Notes: generated from the letters alone by a model not told the origin. A stretch of DNA of 21,010 nt from Elsinoe ampelina (GCA_010093995.1 ML992508.1:1405274-1426283), one strand, 5' to 3'. Shown: positions 1 through 11,533, counted from the stretch's first letter. Translations and numbers: made by a program.

Positions 1-249
1 GTGGTGGATGAGGAGGGGAGGAGGGTGCCGGATGCTGGGGGAGAGGTGACGTTTGAGGTGGAGGGCGGGGAGTTGGTGGCGACTGATAATGGGGATCCGG
101 CGGATTTGAGAGCGTTTCCGGAGAAGACGAGGAATGCGTATTCCGGGTTGGTGTTGGGAATTGTGAGGAGTGGGGAGAAGGGGATGGTGAAGGTGAGGGT
201 AAATGCGCCTGGTCTGGAGGGGGCGGAGGTAGACATTACAGCGACTTGA
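1..249 (+). CDS. 3' end of glycoside hydrolase family 2 (beta-galactosidase-like) gene, C-terminal Ig-like domain; 5' part lies outside the window
   Basis: Frame open from the window edge; ...VTFEVEGGELVATDNGDPADLRAFPEKTRNAYSGLVLGIVRS...VRVNAPGLEGAEV matches the GH2 C-terminal DNGD...R.A..G....IVR pattern; TGA at 247-249. Confidence 0.85.
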   Translation: MVDEEGRRVPDAGGEVTFEVEGGELVATDNGDPADLRAFPEKTRNAYSGLVLGIVRSGEKGMVKVRVNAPGLEGAEVDITAT

Positions 250-469
250 TGAGGGATACTTTGCTGAGGACGACTTACGCAGGTGATGAGGAGAGAAGCA
301 TGCTAGCTTGCATTCATGAGCTCGTGATTTCCAAGGTTACATTACTATACAGTGTGAGATCGACAGAGATGATCTGCCATCTATCATCGACCGTTGAGAA
401 GAGTGCCAGATATGCTGTTTAAGCTCCCACGCTATGCACTTCAAGTGCCACCTTTCCATCTGCATCCCA

Positions 470-3463
470 TTATTGGGGCATCCCATTCATGCCTCCCATA
501 CCATTTCCTTGAAAATCGTAGATAGTCCCGCTTCCCATGCCAACATTCATGTTGGGGCCCATCATGCCTGCGTCGCTCCAATCCCACTCCAGTGTCATTG
601 GCATCTGCCAGAGGTCCTGAGGTACGAAAGGCTGTTGGAACGTGTTGCCATTCGTCATGGCGGAGATGTCAGCATCGCTGAACTGAGGTATGCCAACTGC
701 AGCGGGCTGGGAAGTCGGCATGGTCTGTACAAAGTCTGCACTGTGCGGATAGAAGCCGTTCGAAGAAACTTGTTCGTTGATCCAAGGGCCTGGTGATAGT
801 GGACTTGATGTAGTAGAGAAGCCCGGAGTGGGAGCTGTCAGATGATTCGGATCGGCTTGTGGTTGCGACATGGCTCTCGCAGCTTGTTGAGCCTGGACTG
901 ATGGTCGACCAGGATCGGATCCCGGAGAGGCGTGATTCATTGCGGCCGCCATGGCACCACCGGAAATGCTCGCAGCACGAAGCGATGGCGTTGACACCGG
1001 CTTTCTGTACGAAGCTTGAGCTTCAATTTGCTGCTCGATGATCGTCTTCTGTGGCGTCTCCATATCCTCCTTGTGGCCGCGCTTGTTCCTGCCGCGGATT
1101 TCGCGTTCGGCCTTCTCGAGTGCCATTCTTGATATGCGTTCGAATTCAACACAAATACTGAGCATACGTCTGACATGCCCGTGCGACTCTTCGGCAGCCA
1201 ACATGGTCAAGAATTCGACGACTGAGCTCATTAGACGGACGTCGGATCGAGCCCGAACATCTTGAGGATTTTGAAGTACGTTGGCGAAAAGCGTCACCAG
1301 CGCTGAGATGGGGTAGTAGAGGACAAGCCTGGATTCTGTCAGTGGATGATTGCAAGAAGACTTGAGAATGTTGCTTACCAGACACACGCGTGATCTCCCT
1401 GAGGCACATATTTGATCAGGGAGATGGAAGTCCTAGCAGCATTGACACAGAGCGCTGCGGACATGAATACGCGCGGGTTCAAAGGTCGAGCATTGAGACC
1501 AGCGATGGCAAAGTCAGACAATCTTGAAGTCCAGTAGCCATGGTGAACGGCCATTCGATGTATAGTAGTCAAGCAATTGTAATATGCAAAGTGTATGCAT
1601 ACAATGTGCAGGACCAGCGGCGCATGCTGAGCTTTGATCTCGTTGTCTGGTCGGTACTCTGGAGGTATCGAGTCTTTCCAGGCTTCGAGCTCATTGTCAA
1701 GCTCGCCAATCGTGTTGAGGAGTTCACCATCTGTCTGCTTTGATGCCTTGACCGAGTACAATTGCTTGTACACTCTTGATTGTATCATGGCAAACTCGGC
1801 CATGAGACGGAAGAGGTTGAATTTGCCACTAGGATTTGATGATGGCACATTTCCTATGTTATCAGGTGGATCTTCGCTGGGAAGCTCAACATTCATGTCG
1901 TCATCATCTTGGGTAGGTGGTCTGCCGGAGCGCAGGGCCATGCTGGGATGTATTAGCGACCGTCGGTGACCTCGCCTAGGGAGTCTCACTCTTTGTCAAG
2001 CATGTAGGCGATCCAAAAGACACGCTTCCTCTGCTCGTTCTCCACTTCATTCAGCTTAAAGTCCGAGCCACGCTTATGCAAACCAATGCTGTGTGAGAGG
2101 CGGATGGCAGCGGCGACAAAGAAGAAGGATGGTTGTGGATTTGGAGTACCCTGCATGAACAGAGCCTGCGTCTGTTGTCAGTAGATGGTCGTGCATGATT
2201 ATGAGCATGCTTACAATGCCAAGTAAAGCCTGGACGCTGAGAAGATCATTGTTGCGCATGGTCAGCTCTGACTGCACGGCCAGCGCATTCTTCAGGTACA
2301 TCCAGGCTAATTGATCCTCCTCGGATCCGGAAACGTTGCTCATGACCCGCATGCGGTGGGCAACCGCAAGCGCCACGTTCAGACAGGCCCACCATCCAGA
2401 TCCCTCGTACGGTTCCAGTGAATAGTGTTTGTGGACAAGATGCATAAACGTCGGCTCATGGAATAGAGGAAACATGCAATTGAAGTTTTCGAAAAAGTCC
2501 TTGAGTAATGACACTGCAACCTGCTTTGGAGGGAGAGGTTGGAATGTCCGTCGGCCGAAGATGTCGCCAAAGACCTCTGGTTTCCATTGGTACCACTGCT
2601 GGTCATTCGCGGCTGCATTTTGTATCATCTCCTGGAACGAGTCGTCTCCAGTCTTTTCCCGTACCCACTCGATACCCTTGGGAGAGAATATGGAGAAGCC
2701 AGAGGAAGAGCCTATATATGTCAATGATTGCTGCGTCACAACAGCTGTATTGCTTACCAATGTATCTTGTCTCGCCCACGTTGTTCGTGACGAGAGAGCA
2801 CATCTGGTCTGCCAAAGCTTCCACTTCCTTCTTCTCCTCCGGCCTCTTCGTGCTTGAACTCTTAGGACTTGATGTGTCAACACTGTGCGGACTCGAGACG
2901 TGGTTCATGCGCGGTGTGCCATGTAACGAGGTCGACTTTTCTCTTCTAGGCGGGGAAGCCGATCCGGATGTCATGGAATGTCCTCTTGCTTGCTCTGCTA
3001 ATTTCTTCTCAAGGGTGCCCAGATCCGTCCTGCCACCATCATCTTCCGCCAAGAGACCAGACATGCGCAGAAGCGACTCCATCCGACCCAATCGATTCTC
3101 CAATCCCTCGATGTATTTCGCGCCTTTGGGGGGGTTCCGCTTCTTCTCTACTTGTGTAAAGATGCATTCGGTCTTATAGTTCTCGCAGTGTGAGCACTTT
3201 GGCATCTTCCCGTCACACTTGATCTTCTTTTTCCGACACATATCGCAAGCTCTTGCTATCCGTCTTCTCTTTGGGTCTCCACCATCATTGTCTCCTTGCC
3301 CGTCATAGCCATCGAATCCATAGGCGCCAAAGTCGTCCGGCATGAATGCGTCCGCGTAACTGACATTCATTGGTGCTGGTGCGGCTCCAGTTCCAAAGAT
3401 CTGAGGTGGTGGGTTCTGTAGCGGTGGGCCGCCAGGGCCCGGTCCAGCATACATGTGATCCAT
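470..3463 (-). CDS. atrR: Zn(II)2Cys6 transcription factor with fungal-specific TF domain, AtrR-like (ABC transporter/azole resistance regulator), about 933 aa
   Basis: Exons 3463-2758, 2711-2215, 2165-1990, 1942-1379, 1328-470. Four GT..AG introns of 46-50 nt keep the frame (2802 nt). Zinc cluster [36 protein letters not shown] followed by [20 protein letters not shown]; middle region SIGLHKR...[24 protein letters not shown]. Family call is firm; the atrR orthology is from recalled similarity. Confidence 0.85.
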
Positions 3464-4307
3464 TGTTGTTCCAATTGGTAATTGAGATTCGGTCTGAGGT
3501 CCGGATCGTGGCTGTTTGTTGCCTGGCAATTGCGCTACCGAGGCACCTCGATATGCTCGAGATCAATCGTCAAACCGGAAGAGGTCGCAAGAACAGATTA
3601 TATCCGACTTGAAAGTGGTGTGAGGACGAAATGGTCTCGAGGGGGCGTGCAGCTAGCGGGAGGACGCTTTAGCTTCAGGTAGGCGGAATGGAGTGCACAG
3701 ACGCTCTGCGGTCAAACGACACGAACTGTGGCGGCCATGTGCTACGCATGAGCCGGGCTGAAGTTGTTGCAGCTGCAGGGCAAGATGAAAAGGCAGAGAC
3801 TAGGCTTGTACCTTGACAAAGGTCGTGATGCTGTGGTAGGGCTGGGTCGGATGACGATGGCTTGCAAAGTGAGGGTAATTGGTTTGGGGGCTTTCAAAGG
3901 AAGTCTGTGACCAAGAAATTGATGGAGTGACGCTCTCTTCTCATGACAAGAATGCCCTAGCTGCACCTACAGTACTGTAAGTCCGCGGGCGAGGGTTAGT
4001 TCTGGACGATCCGTCACATTTGCTGACTCGCTGAATCGGAGGTGTCCCCGTTCTTGGCCCCACTTCCCACGCTGCTCTGTGCTTCTCTGGTCTGATGTTT
4101 GGTCTTGGCAGAAAAGGCTCTGTGGCTGCTGCTAAATCCGCCATTTTTTTAACCTCTGGAAGTGTCAACTTCCGACTTCCGACCGCACCATCTGGAGCTA
4201 TCCTGCAACTAGATTCAGCTATTACGACGTTTTGCTATACACAACTACACAAATTTGCTGATCCTTCTTGCCTTGGCCTGTCAAGATCGTCTTTTTCGTC
4301 ACAAGTC

Positions 4308-5405
4308 ATGGGCCGCCCTCCGCTGACACGGGAGGTCCAAGTTTCAAAGAAGCTTTCGTGGTTGCTTCGCCATGGCATACAGCAGGAAAAGTTGCACATG
4401 GATGCGGCTGGATATGTCAATGTAGGAGACGTGGTGAGTAGCTGATCATTCCTGATTCGTGGATCTTGTATACATCCATGTCTCTTTGTATCAGGCCATC
4501 ATCACGGACGCTTGAATGCCGAAAGTTCCATTCAGCTTTCATCTCGGTACACCGCCTTCTTTCCTCTAATGGCGGTCAAGTCATCGTAGCACATGTGACT
4601 GACATGCAGTCAGCTTAGCAACCGCAATCTTAGGTCGTTCAAGGTCACTCTGGATGAACTTAAAGAGATAGTGGCATCAAACGACAAACAGAGGTTCTCT
4701 ATGGTGCCTGTTTCATATGCAGCCTTACCGCAGGCCGATCCTCCCGCAAACCACGCCACTGCAGACACGGAAGCATTGCCTGGAAACCCTAACGCAGGGC
4801 AGCCTAGCGTACTTGACTCGAATAATCCAAGGGATTACTTGATCCGCGCCAACCAAGGTCATAGTGTAGCTATTGAGTCAGAAAGCCTCCTAACAAAGAT
4901 CGACGAGACAAACATCCCGTCGATTTGCGTTCATGGTACAACTCATCGTGCTTGGACTCTGATCGCCGAGTCTGGTGGACTAAAACGCATGACCCGACAG
5001 CATGTTCACTTTGCGGCTGGGTTGCCTGCAGGTTTCAAGTCGATTGGCGACATGGACGCAGCGGCGGAGGCCTCCTTACAAGATAAAGCTTCCACGGCGC
5101 CAGTCATTTCTGGCATGCGCAACTCATCAACAGTACTGATATTCATCGACGTGCAGAAGGCTGTAGAAGGCGGACTCAAGTTCTGGAAAAGCGCAAATGA
5201 CGTTATACTCACAGAGGGCGATCAAGATGGCTTGGTCCCACTTACCTATTTTAAGCGCGTCGAAGATCGCACCGGTGGCCAAGGGATCTTGGTGGAAGAT
5301 GGCCAGATCTTGAAGGAGCCGCCCCAAGACTGGGCCACCAAGGGGTCGGGCCAACGTGGGGGAAAATCTGGCGGAAGGAGGAGTGCAAAAGGCGCCACGT
5401 CTTGA
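4308..5405 (+). CDS. TPT1: tRNA 2'-phosphotransferase (Tpt1/KptA family), about 305 aa
   Basis: Exons 4308-4433 and 4614-5405 (intron GTGAGT..CAG, 180 nt). Motifs SKKLSWLLRHG, NDKQRF, IRANQGHS, HGT, GLKRMTRQHVHFA, ISGMR, SANDVILTEG. Confidence 0.93.
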
Positions 5406-5951
5406 GCGGTAATGGTCACGACAGCGACACTATCGCCCTTTGTGCCACGCGAAGACCTGCAAGACGTCGGAAAAATGCAAGCAGCCGCAAGAATCACATG
5501 TTGCCCACAACATTGAAGGCTGGATGACCCACAACAACGCCGGCGGACACGACTGTCATTGCACGCACGTCGGTGACACGCCACTACATGGTGCGACATG
5601 TATCAGCCCTATGGCCCGTCATGTCACATCGCGCAACGGCCAACATCAACAATGATGATCAGCCTCGCGATCACAACTGGTTTCCAAACCCAACGACTGC
5701 AACAATTGCATCGAGAGGCATGATGAAATCAGTGACAGGTCCGAAAGCAGCAAGACCGACAAAAGCGATGCAAGATTCTTCGTGTATCTGCAGTCTCTAT
5801 CCAATCGAGGACCATGGCTTTCAAAAGCAGATAGCTGCCAACAATGCCATGTCCCATGTGCTGCTCGGACCACTCAATCTATGTGTACTGTATGTGCGTG
5901 TAGATCACAAGATGTGACATGCAAATCCAGCCGTACAAAACAACAGCAGGT

Positions 5952-7232
5952 CTAGACAATGACCCACAATGGTCGAGGCAATTCAGTCCTTGCCTCGGTC
6001 CTAGCATCGGGTCGTAAACCGACATAAGCCTCGCGCCTAGCAGGGTCGCCAGTCGTGATACTCCAGGTCTCCAGGCCGTAGTAGTTCGCTATCGAATGCA
6101 CCAGCCATCGTCTGCAACTGTTAGCCACATCCCATTCACGCACCAGCCATACGCACCCAAAACTCGCTCCATGATCCCTCTCCAAACTCTGGAATATCAA
6201 GCGTTCCACCCTCTCCCCATCACCCGCGCTCTTCCTCCTCTCATTAACATTCCCGTTCCGCCCGACAAACACAATTTCCTCATCACTATCCTCCCTTCCA
6301 CCAAGGTCCACATACCCATCCTTCTCCCTCCCCCTCTCCTGCTCCAACTGCATCAAAAAATTCCTCACCTCCAGCTCCAAATCCTGCAGCAATCCCCTTG
6401 CGCCCTTCGCCTTCTTCATCCTCGCCCTCAAATCCCTCGCGACCTGCTCTTTCTCCAACTCCACATTCAACGCCTCCTCCTCGGCCTCTGTCCTCATCCT
6501 ACTCTCTCTCCTTCCCTCCCTCTCATCTTTCTCCCCCTCATCCTTTCCCCCACGCCTTATCCCTCCTAGACCCGCCCCCAGTCCCACGCCTCTACTCCCC
6601 AACTCCCTCCTCACCCTCTCCCTCCTCTCCTCCTCCTTCCTCTCCTTCTGTATAGCAGCGTACTTCCCCTCCCACAACACCGCCAACCCGTACGGCACAG
6701 GTCTGTACAGCTCCCCCTTGCCCTCCCACACCGGCACAGCCCAGTCGCTCGGCAGCGGCGCCACCGCCCCAGGGACGTGGATGAGACGGTCATTCTCCCA
6801 TCGCTGACGGCGCCGTGATCCTTCCTTGCCTTTGAGCAGCGCGTCGCGGCGCTTCTGGCTGTCTCGGCGGATGGGACTGCGGCGGCGGTGGACGGTGTGG
6901 ACGCGTTCTCGTTCGCGGTCGGCGGGGGAGGTGCCGGCGGGAGGGGCGGGGGAGGAGACGGGGAGGTTGGAAGGGAAGAGGCCTGAGGCTGGGGTGGGGG
7001 CGGGAGAGGGGGAGGGGGTGTCGAGGGGGATGGCGAGGGGGGCGGAGGTGCCGCGTGGTGTCGTCGGGCGGGCAGATGGGGCATGAGAGGTGATGCTGGT
7101 TGAGGCGAGGAGGTTGGCGGTTTGTTCGATGGTCCAGGACTCGATTCGGGGGGACTTGGTCGAGAAAGAGACGCGGTTGGTGCTGAGGGGTGGGGTGTTG
7201 CCACTTCCACCGGGGGTGCGGGGAGACGCCAT
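5952..7232 (-). CDS. R3H-associated N-terminal domain protein with C-terminal R3H-like motif, about 411 aa
   Basis: Exons 7232-6157 and 6111-5952; intron 6156-6112 (GTGCGT..GCTAAC..CAG). Signature RRDSQKRRDALLKGKEGSRRRQRWENDRL; spliced product gives SFGRWLVHSIANYYGL (RxxxH). Start at MASPRTP preferred over the upstream in-frame ATG at 7352. Confidence 0.85.
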   Translation of the reverse strand: MASPRTPGGSGNTPPLSTNRVSFSTKSPRIESWTIEQTANLLASTSITSHAPSARPTTPRGTSAPLAIPLDTPSPSPAPTPASGLFPSNLPVSSPAPPAGTSPADRERERVHTVHRRRSPIRRDSQKRRDALLKGKEGSRRRQRWENDRLIHVPGAVAPLPSDWAVPVWEGKGELYRPVPYGLAVLWEGKYAAIQKERKEEERRERVRRELGSRGVGLGAGLGGIRRGGKDEGEKDEREGRRESRMRTEAEEEALNVELEKEQVARDLRARMKKAKGARGLLQDLELEVRNFLMQLEQERGREKDGYVDLGGREDSDEEIVFVGRNGNVNERRKSAGDGERVERLIFQSLERDHGASFGCVWLVREWDVANSCRRWLVHSIANYYGLETWSITTGDPARREAYVGLRPDARTEARTELPRPLWVIV

Positions 7233-8852
7233 GGTGGGTGGTGAACGGTGGTGGTACAGGGGTGGTGAAGAGAATAATGGGGGAAATGAAACGGTAGAAG
7301 CAGATAGGAATATCGAAATGACTGTGGGTGGGAGAGGAGAGGTGATGCGCATGTGGTTGAAGGGGTCTCAAAGAGTCACCATGAGATGGTCTGCGGCTAG
7401 ATCCGGGGATCGAGGTTGACCAATCGGGTTTGCTCATCTTCAGCATGTGTGAGAGCTTGGACCTCGGATTGCTATACCTTTGTGAGCAGGACGTGTACTC
7501 GAAAAGTTGACTGCGAAATTCTGATATGTGTCATCCAACAGTGAGAGACCACGGAGCCAATCACGATAAGATACGTCCAATGCAGAATGAGTCCACGGTG
7601 TTGTTGTCGTCATGCCATTCTCTAGCTGGCTTTCCATACATTCGCTATCTTCTCCTCGTCCCATCAGCCTGTGCGACGTCTGAATCATAGCATCTCACTC
7701 TCTTACTCGAATGAATAATCCCGTCCGCTCCCAATCCGAGCCTCATGGTACCATTCGCTCTCGTTCCTCCTTCGCGGCCCAGCCCACCCTTCCGTCGATG
7801 TCATCCACGCTATTCATCACCCATGCTTTATCGGCAATGAAAGCAGCGATGTTGAGACCATTGAACAATTTTGCCGGCGTGATGTTGGACACTTCTGGTC
7901 CATCTTTGGTTCGAAAGTACGGATCCAGCCAAGTAAGGGTCGTGAAAGCTCGCTTGTTGATGTGGGTGTGGCACAACACCCGTCCTCAGAGACGAGTAGG
8001 CGTGTCAAGGGTAACGAGGTGGCACAAACGCCTTTGGCTGAGGAATTGCAAGTACAGTGACAGAGCTTGTAGGGATCATGTTGCTCGAACCCATTCCTCG
8101 TTGCGGTCAAAGATCCGATCTCGAACCACAAGATCTTGTCCGATGTCGTGGTAGCTGTTTGTCGTCAAAGATTGCCTCGAGAGCGTCTCCATGCAACGAT
8201 AGCTGGTGTCGAGTACAAGATGGCCAGCACTAGCAGGTAGCTCGACCGCTTCAACGTTATCGAGGAATGCAATTTTTCCGACGACATCTGCGGGTATTGT
8301 ACCAGCGATTCTATCGCGTAATGCTCGTCCTCGTCGTCGACATATTGTGACACTCGACTGTTGCCTCCCAGCTTGCTTACATTCTCCGTGCCTCCAGCGC
8401 GCGCATCACTGCTCGCGCCGTGCATTGATGGAGTTCAATAGTGCGAAGGTCTTCACGAAATTGAAAGTCGAACCAGATGACTTACTGATGCAGGATTGTG
8501 AAGACATGTTGCCTCTGATGATCGTCTGCACGACCTTGACTGGTCAATCTAACATCAATGCCTCGAGCCAATCTACCGTCAGGGCCCCTGCAACACCAAC
8601 AACTATTCCTGGCATACACGGCCTCAACGAGGCATTGAAGATTTTGCAACAACGAAGAATCGAGCTCCGATGCGCATTGCGACAAGCCACAGGCAGAGAG
8701 AAGTCCCTGTGTTGTGTGAGTGATGGGAGGGAATGATCGCTACCGTGCTGAAGCTTCAATCCATCTCGCGGAATCGGCCCTCACTCCACCGAAACCCTAA
8801 CATTTTTCTGACCTCCCCCTTTCGCCTACACACCTCCACCACACACTATACC

Positions 8853-9811
8853 ATGCTCACCCTCCTCCAGCGCCTGTCCTTGGTCCTCCACCTCACCTTG
8901 GCAGGCGCCGTCTCCTCCCAAGAGCCCCTCATCGACACCCAATCGAGGTACAAGCTCGGCGACCCCATCCCGGTCACCTGCCTCAACCGCACCGCGTACG
9001 CCCCTCCCATCCCCTCCCCCTCCCCTACTAACCCCCTCCCAGCGAAGGCGAACACATCACCGATCCCTCTGGCGCCCTTCAATACATCCCCTTCCACATC
9101 TGCAACGAGACGTCCCGCCCACTCGAACTCTACTTCGGCGTCGAGCAAGACCTCAACTGCACCATCGACTTTGTCTCCGACCCCTTCTTCCACCTCCTCG
9201 AGTACTACGTACACAACGACTCGCCCTTCACCTGCCGCATCCCGGCTCGTCCCTCGTCCTCGTCCTCGTCCTCCTCCCTCGCCGCCCACAAAGACAGCGT
9301 CGAAGGCCAAGGCAGTCTGTCGGAGCACTTCATCCCGCTCATCATCGCGCTCACCGGCACGTTGCAGCTCAGCCATTTGCATGTGAGTAATCACCTTAAT
9401 GTGCTGCTTCATGCGGCGCCCAAGAGCACGGAGCCAGGCGTGATACAGGCGGGGACGGCGTATAGTATTGCGACGGCGACGCAGCCGGCCACGAGGATCA
9501 TTATTGGGGATGCCTTGCCGTTGAGGTTTTCGGTGAGGTGGTATCCGAATACGGCGCTGCCGAGTGGGTGGACCGGGGTGGGAGGGCATATTTATGCGAG
9601 TACGTTGGTTTATTGTCTTTTGAGCGCGCTGGCGGCGACGGCGGTGTGTTTTGCTTATTTCAGGGGGATTGAATTGCCGAAGAGGCTGAGGTCACATGGG
9701 AGGGAGAGGATGGGAGGAGGGATGGAGGCGGGTGGCGGGAGATTGGGAGGGTATGGGTATGGGATTGGGACGGCGAATGGGTACGGTGTCACGAGTGGGA
9801 AGCGGGATTGA
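8853..9811 (+). CDS. Uncharacterised fungal type I membrane protein (signal peptide, Cys-containing lumenal domain, one TM helix, Gly-rich tail), about 303 aa
   Basis: Exons 8853-8995 and 9043-9811; 47-nt intron GTACGC..TACTAAC..CAG restores one frame (…CLNRTAEGEHITD…YIPFHICNET…FFHLLEYYVHNDSPFTCRIP…). Signal MLTLLQRLSLVLHLTLAGAVSS; TM STLVYCLLSALAATAVCFAYF; tail ends GKRD. Confidence 0.82.
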
Positions 9812-10053
9812 TGAGTATCATGACAGCGCAATTTGTGGTGGGCAGTATGTACAGTATCCCTTTCGCAAGGATGGACATGGACATGTTGTGTAGGATAGTG
9901 TATGTGAAATGTTCAAACATTTTCCCGAGGCTATTTTGTCACCCCTGAACCCTCTTTTGGTATCGACTGGACTCCTTCCGCTGAACTAGCTCTTGGCCAT
10001 GGCCGTTTTCTTCTCTCCCTCGCCACCTATGACATTACGTCTTCTGCGGCCAC

Positions 10054-11179
10054 CTAGACATCTCCGACGTATCCTATGCCGACTCCTGCGAGTCCATGTG
10101 CTGCTGCAAAGACGGAACCCCATCCGACAGCGCCCAGTATCTCCGCCCCTTCCACGGTACCCCAGATCTTAGCCAAGCTGTTCCCGATGGTGAGGAGGAT
10201 AAGCATGACTGTCCGACCGACCAGTACATCCTCTCTGAGACCCCATCCGCTGAGACCGACGTTCCATGCAAATGTTTCGCCGAGTGTGGCCGTCTGAGGA
10301 TCAAACTCTTCTACCCTAGTACCGCGCGAGTTGTACGTCGAGGGATTGAAAAGGAAGTCTTTCGCGGCGTTTCCAAGGGGAAGGCAGGCGGTAGCTAGAA
10401 TGGGCAATGACAAAGCGTGCGCCGCCTCGACAGTGCGAATCAAGTCAAAGTTGCCGATGATATACGAAGGCAGGAAGGTCTGGAGAGAAGTGTACAGGGT
10501 GGTGGCATAGATTATGGTGGAGAAGAGACCGATGTACAGCCTTGTGCTTGATGTCGTGAGAGACTGGCTCGGGACAGAGTCGTTGTAGTCATTGAGCGAT
10601 CGGAGCAGGAAGAATGGTAGGACGGTCGAGAAGAGGTCGATGCTGAGAGACAACAGTATCGAGACGGGCGAAATGGAGTAGAAGATCGGTAGAAGGACAT
10701 AGTAGGGTGAGTTTGTGAGCAGGAAAAGGGACGCAGTGTCCCAGTCTGCGCTAGGTCAGTGGTTGTCCAACGCTGTTGATGACTCCACCGCGGTGTCACA
10801 TACAATCAAATCCTGCGCCCCAGCTAACAAGAAGCTCAAATACCCGCCATCCGACCAATGCGCCAATCTCGAGGGGCTCGTCTATCCTCCGGCTGATGGT
10901 AGCAAGCTCATGGCCAGTCAATTCTGCAGCCGCAGAGTAAAGGCCTGCCGATGTCCCAAGGGTGATGATGACTGCTAAGGGGAAGGCGATATAGTCAGGA
11001 ATGCGCGAACGCGATCGACCAGTCTTTGAGGTCATTGCTCGAATGTCTGAAGTTGTAAGGTCGGAGGCCGTGACGGTGGGCATGGTGGTTTGCGCGCCAA
11101 ATGTCGTATCTGCACCAATTGTCCCTCCGTTGACTTTAGTGTCCTCCGGATTGACGGTGAGGAAAGGTAGATGTGACAT
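10054..11179 (-). CDS. Uncharacterised fungal multi-pass membrane protein, about 355 aa (alternative start 11083)
   Basis: Exons 11179-10804 and 10745-10054; 58-nt intron GTATGT..ACTGAC..CAG joins WGAGFD-Y-WDTASLFLL in frame. Many hydrophobic segments, FDPQTATLGET loop, ends YVGDV. Confidence 0.8.
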
Positions 11180-11336
11180 TGAAGACTTTCAAAAGTGAGG
11201 TACGTTCACATGTGAGGTGAAGAAGAGGTCGCAAATGTTGACACGTCCGAGTCGCGCTCGACGGTTTCGCGCGTCGACGTCAGACTTCCCAGTAGGCTCG
11301 CGGTAGAAATAAGTTGATATTCGTGCAGTCGCCTGA

Positions 11337-11533
11337 TGTAGAGTCTCTAGACAAAGTATACCTTCCTTTTATAGTATGAGTATATATAGAAGAAAGAGTT
11401 TGTTTTAATCTAAGCTGTCACTAAGGATTTCTTCTCTATTTATCTGCTAAATAAGTAACTACAACTAAACAGGCTCTAAGCTAACTGCAATCTTTAGCCA
11501 CGCTATCGATCTCTCGATCCTACCCTCTTGACA
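11337..11533. repeat. Short AT/TpA-rich RIP-like relic, possibly a degenerate solo LTR
   Basis: Abrupt switch to TpA-rich composition. Contains ATCTCTCGATCC (11509-11520), identical to a 12-mer near the 3' end of both LTRs (14776-14787, 19271-19282), and ends ...TTGACA. Boundaries uncertain; no TSD found. Confidence 0.4.

Noticed and set aside
4434..4613. TPP riboswitch or box C/D snoRNA in the TPT1 intron
   Set aside because: No CTGAGA/GATAAT TPP aptamer motifs and no RTGATGA box C found.
6096..7446. Several long overlapping Pro/Ser/Arg-rich ORFs
   Set aside because: Shadow frames caused by the extreme C/G skew of the R3H-associated gene.
9251..9280. (TCGTCC)n microsatellite
   Set aside because: Ordinary poly-Ser tract within a CDS.
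8846..9589. 247-aa antisense ORF
   Set aside because: Mirror of the spliced plus-strand gene, which has a clear intron, signal peptide and TM helix.
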